Origin: Albugo candida
Lineage: Eukaryota
Direction of reading: 5' to 3'
Length of the DNA: 64,000 nt
Assembly: GCA_040437565.1 (NCBI GenBank)
Contig: JBDOQK010000020.1
Span: forward strand, 310,001 to 374,000
Shown here piece by piece: positions 1 to 13,900 of this stretch (positions within the stretch are counted from its first letter, which is position 1; each line of letters opens with the position of its first letter). The position numbers were made by a program, and so were the translations under genes. The notes beneath the pieces were generated by a model. It made no database searches. It was not told the origin of the DNA and saw only the letters and a program-made list of their open reading frames with translations.

Positions 1-1
1 G

Positions 2-1693
2 TATACGGCGACATCCAACCTTCCAGTCGCGATTTTTGACCAGCTCGAATCATTATACGCTCAGATCGTTGACGTTGAGGAGCAATTAGCTCAGCTTTGG
101 AAGCGCTCTCAGGGCACTCAGAGTGTCGATTCAGCGATCAAACTCCATCTCCAGCTATTCATCCGAGCTGAAACGTATCTTCGCGAGACGCTGCATTCCG
201 GTCGAGCCATGTGGACGCAATTCAATCTCATTGAAATGACGTGGGGGATCATTTTACTATTATGGAATCTCTTCATGGTGCTTGCGTCTTTGAGGTCGTA
301 CTCTTCAACTGGAAGCAAATTTCCATTTCTCGGCTGCGTAATGGGAGCCAGCATCCCGCTACTGCTAAAGCTTGATACGATCCCATTCATTCCTGCTCAT
401 AAAACAGGTCAAGTGACTTTCCTTTGTGGACTTCTCGGGATGTGTCAATCATCGTGGTCATGGATCACATCTCGAAAAAATTCGCGCGAGAATTTCCAGC
501 AGCTCAATTTCGTTGTGGTCGCTTCTCTTTCAACGATCCTGCTGCATGTGATGGCTCTGTTCACCAACAGTTATATCGTAGCAGAGCATCAAGTGATGCA
601 GTTTCTTCTAGTGACACTTGGAGCCTCTCACGCAATTCAAAGTATCCAGCAGAAAAATCGATCAAATGTCGTGTACGCAAGCCTGGCGTTGATGCTATTG
701 ACACGTATCGCCACAGGAATCCCGTCACCGAATGTCATCCAGTCACAACTCTCATTTTGGAGATCGCTGTTGCCCATATTCGGGCACGGAAGTGCCATCA
801 CAACGCTTTTCTGGAACTCGAGCAGAAATATAACACATCGGCGCTCTAGGCTTTATTTCAGGATGATCCCGGCGCTGTGCTGGCTTCAGTTTATTTGTGT
901 CTTGTTATACTGGAGCTATTCGCCAATTTCAAGTGCTTTCTGGAGACAATGGCTTCCTCGATTTGTCTTTTTGACCCCTATTTTCCATTTCATCGTCACG
1001 ATCAATCAAAATAAATCATTGTATATCGCGTGGCATCATCGTGACCATATCATCTATCTCCCAGCAGCGATTACATCATCGGCGATTCTGCTTGTTCCAG
1101 CGTACATGTTGATCCTTGGACCTTTATCTCCACTCTCCGTCATGCTTTTGCTCGGTCAAATCATCTGCTTCGCGTTCATCATCCATTGCATGGACCCGTT
1201 TCCAGGCTCAAAAACAAAGCCATTGAGTGTCATCGCATGTGCTTTGTGCTGGTGTACAATGTCGTACCATTCGTTCTTCTTCACTGGTCATGAGAATGCA
1301 TTCTCGAGTCTTCAAAATGCCGCTGGGTTTATCGGTTTCGATGACTTTTGCTTTCATTGGGCCGGGATATTGTTGGCGTTCAATACGTTTGGGAATTACA
1401 TGCTTCAAGCTCTTTTGATGGCGATCGTATTACGTATTCGAGTCGGGTCTTCCACAAGTCCAATAACGAGGGCAACGATACGCACAAAATTGGATAGAAA
1501 CACTGCTTCGACAACCGCTATCGCGTACTTTTCTCTCAACGCGTGTGTGACAACGGTTTTTGTCGCTATGCAGAGACGTCATCTGATGGTTTGGTCGATA
1601 TTCTCGCCCAAATTCGTCTTTGATGCTATCACATCCATCCTTTGGTATCTGTTGGCAGTGTCGCTTTGCGGTTGGCATCGAAACAATTCTTAG
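2..1693 (+). CDS. PIGO: GPI ethanolamine phosphate transferase 3 (PIG-O/Gpi13-like), 3' part; 5' end outside window
   Basis: Frame is open from position 2. Many hydrophobic segments, and C-terminal FFFTGH...AGFIG and RRHLMVWSIFSPKFVF motifs typical of PIG-O. Confidence 0.85.
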   Translation, partial: YTATSNLPVAIFDQLESLYAQIVDVEEQLAQLWKRSQGTQSVDSAIKLHLQLFIRAETYLRETLHSGRAMWTQFNLIEMTWGIILLLWNLFMVLASLRSYSSTGSKFPFLGCVMGASIPLLLKLDTIPFIPAHKTGQVTFLCGLLGMCQSSWSWITSRKNSRENFQQLNFVVVASLSTILLHVMALFTNSYIVAEHQVMQFLLVTLGASHAIQSIQQKNRSNVVYASLALMLLTRIATGIPSPNVIQSQLSFWRSLLPIFGHGSAITTLFWNSSRNITHRRSRLYFRMIPALCWLQFICVLLYWSYSPISSAFWRQWLPRFVFLTPIFHFIVTINQNKSLYIAWHHRDHIIYLPAAITSSAILLVPAYMLILGPLSPLSVMLLLGQIICFAFIIHCMDPFPGSKTKPLSVIACALCWCTMSYHSFFFTGHENAFSSLQNAAGFIGFDDFCFHWAGILLAFNTFGNYMLQALLMAIVLRIRVGSSTSPITRATIRTKLDRNTASTTAIAYFSLNACVTTVFVAMQRRHLMVWSIFSPKFVFDAITSILWYLLAVSLCGWHRNNS

Positions 1694-1765
1694 TGAATAC
1701 GCAGGTAAGAGGTATCGAATTGCATGTCATCCGGTCCATAGACAATTCTTTTCATTCCAACGTCG

Positions 1766-4700
1766 CTAACTCTGGTCCATTGGAGTACGTGAAGGTCTTG
1801 ACTGCTCTTCCAGTCGGACTGCTTGAAATCGCTCATTGCTTGCACGGATCTCATCCTCACTGTCATCGTACTCGATAGTGTCGGCGTCGATATCGACTAC
1901 GGCTGAATTAGTTTCTGCTTCATCGTCTGCGTCAAGGTCATCATCACTCGCAATCATCCCGAGCTCTTCGTTGCTCACATTCCGTCGAAGCAAGTGTTCT
2001 TCTCGACCTGCGTACCCATGCACATATGGAGGCTCCTGAAACGATTCCTTGCATATCGATAGCGATTCCATCTTTGGCAAAACAGGTACAAATGGATGAT
2101 GCGGACGCTGAAGATCTTCCACAGTCGAAGCGTACAATCGGACTGTCGGTGCCGGTGAGAGTGCCTTAGAATTCTTGGCCCATACTCTCCATCCGCACAC
2201 TGGCGGGAATTCATCCTCCACTTGAGAAGGTGCAAAGTAGAAATCCTCATCCGACATCGTTCCAAGCAATTTCTTGTTTGGAGAGTACGAAATGTACCAT
2301 CTTCTCGCTTTGCTGGGCATGCAGCATCGAAATAAAATGTAATCAACGCTTCCCTTGACGCATGTGTACGTGAGACAGCTGTCATGGCTGTCAAAAGTGC
2401 TCTCATAGATCCCATTTAGTACACTCAATCCCGCACCTTCCACCAGATAACTTCGAGATTCCGGGTGATTTGGCAATCCCAATGTACTGCAAAGCCTCGC
2501 GAGCACGTCAGCCTTGAATGGTTCGCGATAAAGTGTCGTCCATCGACCTCCAAGAATCGGTTTTAATGACTCGATACGCAGCCATTCGTACATCCATTTC
2601 AAGAAGCGTATATGCTGTTGTAGCCAAAGTTTGACCGCCGGCACTCTTTCCATCAGCTCGGTCAAAAGGACAATTTGTCGGAAGATGAAAAGCGGCACGT
2701 GGCTCTGATGAGCGTACCGTTGGCGCATACGCTCGCTTTTGAGTGCTGAATACAACAAGCCAAAGTCGGTGAGCATAAACGTCTCATGAACGAGTTCATC
2801 TTGGAATTTTTCTTCGTGTAGGAGAAGCCTCTGAAGCATTTCGCAGCATACATTGATGACACCTTGGCCTTTCCAGCCGACTTCAGTGTTGTGAATGCAA
2901 TGTAAGATCGCACGAAGCAATACGACCGACGTTCGATGATCTCCAACACTGATCCTAAGCAATAAATCGCTGCTGGTTTCTGCATCCTCTTCCAAAGCCG
3001 ACTGGATAAACGCATCACAAAGCAACGCGGTCCGATCCAAGTAGCTGATGCGCTCTAATAACTCTTTTGATGACACGTACTGAGTTGGCATACGCTCAAG
3101 ATCCTCACCGAATCCGATACATCGGAGGTCTTGCATCACTTGCTTGGACGCTGTTGCCGCTAAATCGGTGTAATACGCCAGAAATCCATCGACATCAACA
3201 CTTTGCCCATTCGCATATTTCTCCAACACCATTTGCGCATTTTGCTGGACAAGATCATTCCCACCGCTGGATACCGCGTTTTGGAAGGGACCGTATGCCG
3301 ACGTTGAGTAGTTTAATTGCGATAATGGAGTAATACATCGAGCGAAATATCGTCTTAGAGCCATACCATCCATTACATTATTCTCTTGGAATTCTTCGAA
3401 TGCTTGTATGAGAGCCGCCTTTGCTTTTGCCGACAATACGGGTTGACGGGAAGGATACTGAATGCTCGCTTCTGAAAGTAAAGGCTCCGCCACTTGACGT
3501 TTAAGCCCGAGAATCGCAATAATCGCTTCCAATAAAGATTGATAATCGGAAGCATTCTCTTGGTCGACTCGAGTTCCGCTAGCGACAAGAAACGCATTTT
3601 TCAGTGTTAGAGGTGATCGATCTCCAAGAAAGATGCGAATAAGTCGGGCAATCATATTGCTTTTCTTCATTTGATTTTGTACCTGTACCGATACTTCTGC
3701 AAGATTTCGCAAAAGCATAAAACATTCCTCCAATCGAAACGTCGGCATGCCCAAATGAGCGTCCAGAATACTTGTCACTTGAGCGAGGATCTGGAGTAGA
3801 ATGACCGGAGAGTCCAATGCTTTCTCGTGGGCTCGATACGCGTTTATCGCGCGGGTTGTGAGATGGACAAATGATTGCCGCGCAAAGGCATCTGGGCACT
3901 CGAAAAGGTACGCTTTCAGCCAAATAGCATGCCGCTGACCAATCAATGTTTTAAGGAACCATATGCATGTGTCTCTGTAGTTGATGAATTTATTACCAAG
4001 AATCGTAATCCATCGAGCGACGTCATTTTTCTCGTGAGCGTGGAGGAAGACACTAAGCAGAAACTCCACACCAATCCTTGTCAGGATCAATTGGATGTTC
4101 GAGTCTGTACGACCGGTTTCGGGCGTATCAACCACTTTTGATTCATGACTAATCTCCGGACGTTCCTTGATGTATCTCGATTGCACCATTTCACGAAGAA
4201 ATTCCTGGAATTCGCCATCGTACAAGTATGTGGTCTGTAAAAAAGCTTCGTTCGATTTCCTTACTTCTGTATCGAATGGGCAGCGAATAACGTTCGTTTC
4301 AGCTGTGATGTCGGTCTCCATCGATTGACCGGGCATTTTCTTCTCATAAAACAACATCAACGCGTTACTGAAAACCTCCATATCAACGGGATTCCCGGAC
4401 CCATGCCATGATCGACGTTGTACTCCACCAAAACACTCTTCCTCGATTTTCGATGGATCAAATGGAATCACTTCTTCATCGTCGTAACGAAACCATCGTT
4501 CTGATTCATTGTCATAAATAAACGAGTAGTAGTGTCCACCCTGAGCGACGCCAGAATGCACGAGAATCCCTTTCAGGCCGTATAGAAACTGGGGATCGAG
4601 AGTTCGTTTGTCACGAGGAATACTGTCATTTACACTGGCAGCTTCGTCAAAGTCAAACTCAGTACCAGATCCCGTGTCACTGCTTGTCTCCATTTCTTCA

Positions 4701-7700
4701 CCGTGTCCATCTTCTGCTTGACTCGGCAACTTGGCCACCTCGTGATTTTCCAATCCAACTTTAGTGTATGGTTTCATATCCAAAAGCGTCGGGAAAGAGC
4801 ATCGATTATTCAGCTTTACAGTCTCAAACGTCGTAAAATCCAAATCGAAGCGCTTTAAGTGAAGAATGAGAAGATTTGGAAGCGTTCCGAAACACGTACG
4901 ACGTGTCGCTGCTTTTTTCGTGCCACATAATTCACATTCCACTTTGTTATCGCCATCCATTACTTCTCCTTCCACGAAACTCGCAAGTGATTCCTGAATG
5001 CTTTCTTTGCCTCGAATTTGCAGCTCCAGTCGAATGAATGCTTCCTCGCGTTCATATCGATGACCACAATCTTTCGGGAGTTTTTGAGAGATTAGTTTAC
5101 CGTCCAAAGCTTCCTGGAGACACTTTGGACCAAGTGGGGTCGTTTTCAGTCCTGTTTCCAGTCGATCCAGCAGTTTGTCGCAAAATTCACTCGCGTCATT
5201 TTGCTGATACACGGAGAATTCCAAATTTAGGCATTTGCATGCATCCACAAGCGCTTTTGGATTGAAAAATCGCATTTCGCTGTTGCGTAAATAGCAAAAT
5301 GTACGTTGAAGCTGCCGAACAACTTCTAATGTCGCTTCGGTCCCGGTCAACTCTGGCGGTAGTATTGCGTATCGACCATTCTCGAATCCTGGACGTCCTT
5401 CTCCGAGCACAAAACAAGCTTGACTTGCGTCTTCATATTGAACAGTGTGTCTTCCAGTGGTCGAGTCATAGTTTACTACAGTGGCTTCGAAGACGCGGCC
5501 TCCACCGCATTCCAAAGCAATTCGCGATCCAACGAGTTCATCTGGACATTTTTCAACCATAGCTTTAGTGAGTGTGTGAATCTGTGGCGGTGGAACCTGT
5601 GCTTCCATGAGCCCTTTCCGTAAAGCTGGCTGCATGAATATCTGTTGCAGAAACGAATTCATGTAGCACGAGCACCCTTGATTCTTCAAACCGACGTGTT
5701 CACCGCTTGCTCGTGCTTCGACATGATTTTGTTGATTCCATTTCAGCTGAAGTTCTCCGTTCCGATGAAATAAATGACTCAAACGGTCTTCTAACAACTT
5801 GAGTATGACACTACTATCACCAGCTGTACTATCCGGGCACGTGATCGCAGTGGCAAGAAGCCTGAACGCCAGACGTCGACTTTCGACTGTGCAGCATAAT
5901 GGAGATCGCTTCCCGTAATCCAGATCTTCATCAGACGGAAGTGTAAACAGACAATCGTCAAACACGACCTGTACGACTTGCTGGGCGATACGTTGACCCA
6001 CGCTTTGCTTAGAGACCAAGACTTGCCGAACAAAGTCTAATACGCCCATGAGGATTTGGACATATCGCTCACTGGCGAAAAACTTGATCGAGAACCCAGC
6101 GTCAAGTTTACGCAGTGTCTCCACTGCTATTTTTTGACAATGGGCTTCTAGAGCACAGGTATCATCGTCACCATTCACTTGTACGAGAAACTTGAGCAAT
6201 TGGAAGAATTGGTCGCTAGATGCCGACATACTTTCGATTTGACTCATCGCGTTGCACACTTGTTCGAATACGATAAAGCACGCCTGTTTCGACGCGTGAC
6301 AGAGTGTCTCTAGCGCCTCCAGCCACTGTTCTCGTACGGTTAAACAATCACAATGCATAAGAACGTGTGCGATCATATCTCGTAATTCGGAATGAGTGAA
6401 AAAGTCGTCGGCTGATGCTGTTGACACTGACACGATCGAGCGGACGGTTTTGATTGCGTCGATGAGCATTTGTGGAAAATGTTTGGATTCATTGGTGGTA
6501 AAAATTGCTGCTTTACCGGCGGTAAAGCTGGCTTCTTGTGTATCTTTCTCATCCATGTCGTGATCGCCATCGCCATCGATAATCTCTCCCGCTTGTTTAC
6601 CTTGCTGCCTTCCTGTTTGTGTTCCGTGGTACTCGCTGACAATGAGACTGGCAGTCTTCCGATTCAGATTCAAGTAATCGCTAGAGTCCAAGGAGAGAGT
6701 GCTGAGATCCAGGCACGTGTCCATACACATTGCTGAGCTCTGAGCTGTATCTAGCTGCTTTATTAATCGCGTTGGGGACAATAGAAGCTCACCACTTGTG
6801 CCATCAAACAAACAATACTTGACAATTCGCAACGCAATTGCTAAGCCTTCGTTGAATGAACCCTGGAAGGATTCACCAAAGAGGAAATATCGGAGTACTG
6901 TGTGAAAGCCTCCACCAAACGTAAATCGTTTTTGATATGCTCGAGCAAAGGGAGCGTGATTCAGTTCCGAAGGTAAGAGCAAAGCATCCACAATTTGTAA
7001 TATGTAAATAGACCGATGAAGTGAACGACTTTCTCCCTCCATAAGAGACGTCCAACCTGAAGAAGACACTGTTTCCATCGCATGGTCGTCGTCAGCGGCT
7101 TCGCCAGCACTCGATACCAGCTCTTGTAGCTGTACGTTGGTTGGAATGATTTTCAAGAAATTCCAAAGCGATTTATGGACTGGAAAGCCAATAATTCGGT
7201 CCAGCGTATCAAATAGTATATCGAAATAGCGTTTGTCTCTTGCAATCAAGTTACCTGGAGAGACTACACAGCATTCCTCCATTGCCATCGGAGATTCTGG
7301 CTCATCCAAAAGCTGGGGAAGGCGAGATACAGCCGAACTGAAAAGTAAGACACGTACTGCACTCGCTTCTGTAATGTTGAAATCAGCGATTCGCTTCTCA
7401 TCTCCCGAAATCGCAGCTCCATTGCATAGAATCTTTGTCTGTGTGGAAGGATGCCCAACCTCTTTTTCCAATTGCAGCCGAAGCATACCTAACGGCTGAT
7501 GGGCGTACACCTGCACTTGTATCGACCTTATCCCTGACTTGTCGCCGTTTTGCGCTTGTTTGAGCGTATTGTTCGGTGCTGTCGACACATTTGTATTGGG
7601 AGGATTCATTGGGGTTGGTACACCACCACATGCGACCATTCTCTGAATGAGAACCTTAAGGTCGAAAATAGCTCCTCGACCAGTGAGTCCATGTGGTGTC

Positions 7701-10700
7701 TGTCCATAACCAGCGTTGGCATTGGAAGCGTCTACATCGTACTTCACGATTCCCGATAGAAGACTCGCACAGTGATCGACAATTTTGACGTCGCTTTCTC
7801 CGATCGTTTCTTTCGTTACAGATTCCAATTGTGTGAAGACGTGTTCCAGGAACTCTTTGATAGCGTTCTCAGCTTTAGAAGGTGAGGAATGTTCCATATT
7901 GTGCACATAGTGTTTGTAGACGCAGAGGAGCTCTTGGATGGCTAAATTGGCCACAGCATTTGGAGATTCTAAAGCGATCAACCAAAGTGCATCAAGACCA
8001 CAAAGTTGTAAAGCGTTTTTAGGTTTGTTCTCTTCAGCGCCTTCCAAAACTCTATACGGACTTGAATTCAAACCAGCAAAAAACGTGTGAAAACATTTGT
8101 ATCCCATAGTTCCCAAAGTCGTGAAATCCGTTTGTTTGCAAAGCAGTTGCGTGAAAATATGAACGCACACGTTCAGCTGAAGTGGTGCAACCGCATCGTT
8201 CTCTATCAGAGAATGTATGGTGCCAGTGCGTTGTGAGTCACCATTAATAGAATACGCTCCAGATGGTGCTCCTTCTGGTATGTGTAAGCTGCGTGAGCCA
8301 GCTTGATTAAAAAAGATCAAACAGAATTCTTGCTCGGAAGCTGAGGAGGATAGGATTTGCCATAAGCGCTCGACTTCGGGAATACTTAATTTGAATTTCG
8401 TTGACTTGACGTGAATGTAATGAATCAGCTCGAGACGATGGCCAATGGCTATCCGATAGCAATCAAGCCGTTTCATGACTTCCGGAGTTTGTGTCACAAA
8501 TGCCGCTAATTCATCAAACAAAAGAGAGACGAGACCATGTTTCTCATGGAGAGCTTCCACCACCGCAGGTACTTGATCGGATTCATGAGCGTCAATGAGG
8601 AATTTGAGCATTTCGAGTGACTTGGATGTCGTGATAGGTTCCTCTCGAACAGACATGGAGTTGTCTTCCCTCGTTCCTTCTTTATTAGATGTAAGCTTAA
8701 TTCCAGTAATGCAATCATTGAGAAACTGATTCCGTAAAGCCTCGTTTCTTTCCGCACGTAGTTCTTGCTGGAGGATGTCGCAAAGATTTCGGTGAGGTCC
8801 TAAAATCTCAGTCGAACAGTGCACTTGTATGGTCCACAGCAATCTCAACGTAGAGGAGATCACATTGCTAGAACGCTCACTTAAGAACTCATTTGAGAGC
8901 AATTGCTCGACAAATACGAGCAGACTCCGCAGGTTCTCTCTTGTAGCACGTTTCTCAAAAAAAGCCGTTCGCGTACTATCAAGAAGATGAAGCAACAAAT
9001 CGTCATCCAAATGAGGAGTAATTGCTACGAGTAACTGATGAATTTCACTCGCAATGATCGAATCTTTTCGTGACCCTGCTTCCCAAATCAGATCCATGAG
9101 AGCAATACTCAATCGATTGGATTCAGCTAGAAACGTGACTAGTACAGTGCTGCGAGAAACAACTTCGCGATGAACACGATCTCCAAAAATTTCGACGAGA
9201 ATCTCCTTTTCTTCAACCCAATCACATAATCGCTGATCGAGTCGAGGTATGTGTCCCTTTTGATTGCTGCCAGTGCCACAATCATGCTTCAACAAATCTG
9301 AATAATTCCCTGATTTTTCCAACATCTCTGTATCAGCTGCAGAATCTGCCTCACCCCCACTTTCTTCAGCCATGACAGGCAATGCAACTTCTGGAGTCGG
9401 CTTTGCTCCCCTTGGTGCAGCTTCCCACTGCCCGGTAGGTGGCACGTCGGCCTCAACGTGTGACCGCTGCTGGTAATAATCGATGTCACGTTCCGAGCCG
9501 GTGTACTCTGCATCAACTTCCGAGATAGACCACCACTTTTCGCCGTGTTTGGTGGTGCATGAGGACAGCGTAAACGATTGTAGTGAGTCGTCTTGACGCA
9601 TCACATATGTCGCTGACATGTTTTCATCTCTTTCACTCATCCGCAAATTGTACACTCCATTGACCATCTCAGACCCAGCATTTCGTACAATATAATGCTG
9701 CGGAAATGAGCGAGTAGTACGAGCAGCAGACACGAGATGATGGATCTGTTCCAGGCCGAATAAACGCAGCGGAAGTGATTGCGATCGGAGATACTTGCAT
9801 GTCAAATCTAGCCAAAGCTCATTCACGGTGTTGATCGAGCGTACGGCACCAGCATCTACCAAGCGACGAACTAACACGATCACTCCTCCGATAGCCTCAT
9901 TTGTCTCCTTTCGAAGCATTGTGTCATTTTTCTTGGATAGATAACCCAAGATCTGCACGCACAATTGCGTTATCACAGACGTAGGAACTACGTGATAATA
10001 TTCCATCAAAGCTTGTAGTATGAGCTTCAAATCGTCACCGCTCATTTTGAGTTTTGGAGTGCATTTCACAGATTCGAGTGATTCTCGTACATTCGTTGGC
10101 ATTCTATCGTCTGCCATCAAGTGACTATCCGTTTCCACAGATTCCTCAACCTCTTCTTCACATAGTACGTTTCGAAAAACATCAACTAATAAATCGAATC
10201 CTTTCAACTCGCAAAACACATTGATACATTGAGCTCGAACTTCAGGCGCGCCTGCAGTCTTGTTCCAGTACGATCCGACTCCGGTGGTACGCAAGTCTTT
10301 ATAAAGCGTTCTTTTCTTGTTGAATATCAAAACCAGGCTCTGCAAAACATAAATCTTTCCGGCCTGGAGCTGATGCAAAATGATTGGAATTGATACGGAG
10401 AGGCATTGGTTGACACACTGCTTTTCGATGCCGCCTATTTTGCTCAGACTAGATGCAAAGCAAGAAAAATAGATTTCGTTTGATTCAGTGCTACTTCAAG
10501 TGCATTTCAATCGACGTACTGTTGGTCTAGCATGATACTGACAATTTTGTTGAAGCATTCTGAAAGAAACGATTGGCTCTCCTGATGGTGGATAAAAGCT
10601 GATGCAGCATTGAGTGATTCCACAGCATTTTGCCATCCAACTGTCGACTTTGTCTTCAGATCATGTGCGACGAGTTGATACAGCTCCAGAGTTTCTTCCC

Positions 10701-10956
10701 CAATTTCAGCTACAATAATACAAAACCTATCAGTTTCATGTTCTCTTTTTCTTTGATACGAGGAAACAGTACCAGCACTGTACAGTAAATTGTGATTCGA
10801 GGAGTTCATTGAAGCGATCGCATCGGATTCTTCATCTTGAGACTTTTTTCGTCGTTTTTGCTTCTCATTATTCCATCCAGCTGTTGGAGTTGGAGGTGGA
10901 GAATTGTGTGAATAAGGTGAGGGTTTCGGGGTCGGGTTGCTTGGAGTGCGTCCCAT
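1766..10956 (-). CDS. Giant ubiquitin-specific protease (peptidase C19, USP9/24/34-like), 2 exons (10520-10956, 1766-10448)
   Basis: Cys box GLKNQGCSCYMNSFLQQ, QQNDASEF, His box GILVHSGVAQGGHYYSFI. Ubiquitin-like segment IQVQVYAHQ...VRVLL. A GT-AG intron at 10449-10519 joins the 149-aa ORF in frame (MLDQ|HLSKIGG). Confidence 0.93.
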
Positions 10957-13900
10957 TTCTGCTAAGGCTTTCCAATGCTTTTTCGTTTCGTTATTTCTTT
11001 CTTCGGTTCTTCCTCAACTTTTCACTGGCAGATAATTTCACCCAATACAAAGCTTGCATAAAGATCTTTCTTTTGATTCGATAAAAACTACAGATTTCAT
11101 TTGAAGCTGATGATCCCGAAAATGTGGACTGAAAAACAGGAATTATTGATGGACTCTATGCGATTGTTATTGTATCCTTTCTTTACAATTCCTTAATGGA
11201 ACATTCAAAGTAACCTTCAATGCCGCTTGTTAATCGAGGGATGAGGAAGCAGATAAAAAATTCGAATTCCACCAGAACAGAACGACAAAGAAACACTACG
11301 TGTCGTGGGAACTTTTTAGAGAAAATTCAGGATTTTATACTGAAGAAGGGAGTTTTTAATTACATACGGTCTGGCAGGCAAAGTGGAGATTAAACGCTCT
11401 ATTCATAGACATGTCTACCATGCACATGTCCAGAAGTTGCGCTATATTTATCGATCATGTTTTCACCTCCTCGTCTTCGAGGTATCTGTTTGCATGAAAC
11501 GTTCGAAAAAGTAAAGAGTTGACGTATACATGCTTGACTGCTCTTTGCTTGCACACACACAAATTGCTCGCATACGGTATTTTATGCCTGGATCATAGTT
11601 GATCGGAGAGTCTTCGATTCCCTGCTAAGGATTCGCCAAATTTGTGAAATTACGACTCTCTTCAAATAAAACATGCATTCTTTGCGGACCGGTACCTCTA
11701 TTCGGCCACGACCACATCATGCAACCGAAGTTACCATGCTCACAGCACTCGTTGAGCTTCCGAATTCGATTGAAAAACACTGCTCACTTGTCGAACGCTT
11801 CTCAGGATTTTATTTTTGCTTTGAATTCACCTGAATTTAATCACAATCAAGAGACTGGCAGAATTCAAACAGGTGAAGGCAAGCAGAGTTAGAAGCTCTA
11901 CTTCCTTATTTGCTTCAGTTTTGAAATTGAGTTTTGAACACTCTTCAGACTAAAGAGCAAAAAGGAAAGCATTTACAACTAGAGAAGACTCGTTCTAAGT
12001 GGGCTTTGTTTATGTGATGCTTGATGGAAGAGCTAGATTTTTAAAAGGAGCTTCTCGAATCAACGAATGTCCAGCTATCATCAGCTTCATCCTCAGCAGC
12101 ATTTGCCATGGCCTCAAGATGAAATGGAGATGGGTCTGCATTAGAAGTCGAAAGTGTGCCAGTTAGTCGTGGTTGTAGTAAGGTAGCTCTCGAAAGCGCA
12201 TTTGCTTGCAATTACTTAGGAGATGCAGCATGCCTTGATAGACTTCCCGAAGCACTTAGGTCCATAGACGTGGTCAGATCAAGATATACAGAAGCATACC
12301 CAGCATAAAAATAGGATCTTCGAAGAAATGCAATCTTAAGGAGATGCTCTCATAAACTCTATGAAGTGTGTAGATTCTTCGCAAGAATACTCGTTCTCTG
12401 GTGCAGACACTTGCCAGAATTGCTGTGACGCTTTTCATAGCGTCCGTAGCGTGCCTCTGGTACAGACTAAGTAATGTTTCTGTATGTCTAGGGCATCTTG
12501 GACAAGCAAACATGCATACAACAAGGTTTATGAGAATACTGTGGGGCAATATGTCTGACAGTTTTCCTATCTGAATTGCAAGCCATGAACCAACAAATCC
12601 GTATGTAGTCCTTACATTCCGTTCGTATCATCGGCACTTGAGCACATGCAATATTTGTTAAATATCTGGTCCGAAGCTGAGAAAGGTTCGATCATAGGTG
12701 CCGTGTGTTCGCATTCGAAAGAGATACTAAAAGCTGTGTCCCGATAGTAGTGTGCTGGAATGAAAGCCTATTTTGCATCGTACTTTTCGCATCATCCGGC
12801 TATCCAGGTTTGCCAAGATTTAGCCAATAGTGGCTAACAAACTTTCATCGACAGTTTTCCCAGGCGCGCTGCATCTAATACATCGCAATTCTTAAATGAT
12901 CTATCGTAGTCAAAGACAAGATGCAGCAATTCAACAATTATCTGAAGCCGCTCTATACTGTAGACTTCTAGATGACAGAGTGAATGAGCTGGTCTAGTAC
13001 CTTTTTACACCAGATTGAAGACGATGAAGCGAATTGATAGCAAGTATCGTGAAGCTAGTGATCGCTCTCAAAATATGGGATAGCACGAATTTAGCTCACC
13101 TTTTGATCGCAAAGACAAGGACACGACAAGCATTACTACGTGCTTGTGATTGACTCTGGAAGTCTCCATTGACTTTCAAGTAGCAATCGTACGATATGTT
13201 TCGAGCAATTCAACCAATAGTCTATAGGGCTAGCCGGAGCAACACAAGACGTGTACAAAAGCTACCTTTACAAGCTAAAGCGCGTTGTCGCGCGTCTAGA
13301 GTTAGTCCATGACGCATACAACCAATTCCTATGACCAAAAAGCACGCAGACACTTTTTCCAATATAAAGATCGCGTGCGTAAGCGCATGTTGGTTGAAGA
13401 GATGGTTTGAATCGAGTCAACATGGTATAACAGGTGCCCAGCACGTTACCCTTTCATGCCCACACGGAAACTATGGCCCGGAGCCGGCCAGATAGTGGCC
13501 GAGAATTTCTGCGTAGAATGTATGGCTTGCAGAACGTCATCAATTCAAGTGACGTATTGAAATCCACCTGCATTGATATCCTTCCATGCCTCTCTATCGC
13601 ACTGTTCAGCTACCATATGAGGCTCTTGTCGATATGAGTAAATGGCCGATTACTACATGTCATTGTCTGCTTACTTTCAGCAAATCTAAGGAGCAAGTTT
13701 ATTGTGCACTCATCATATCAAACATGCGAATACTCTGGTAACCACCTAGCAGTATCAATACCAATCCCAACGCATGATATCGAGTGCGCATAGCGTATGA
13801 TCAAGAACCTGGTTAATATGGTGAATCAACGACTTATGACCCACGCACCAACGTTACAGATATTGCCAATCAGGTGTTTATCACTTCATTCTTTCCAAAA

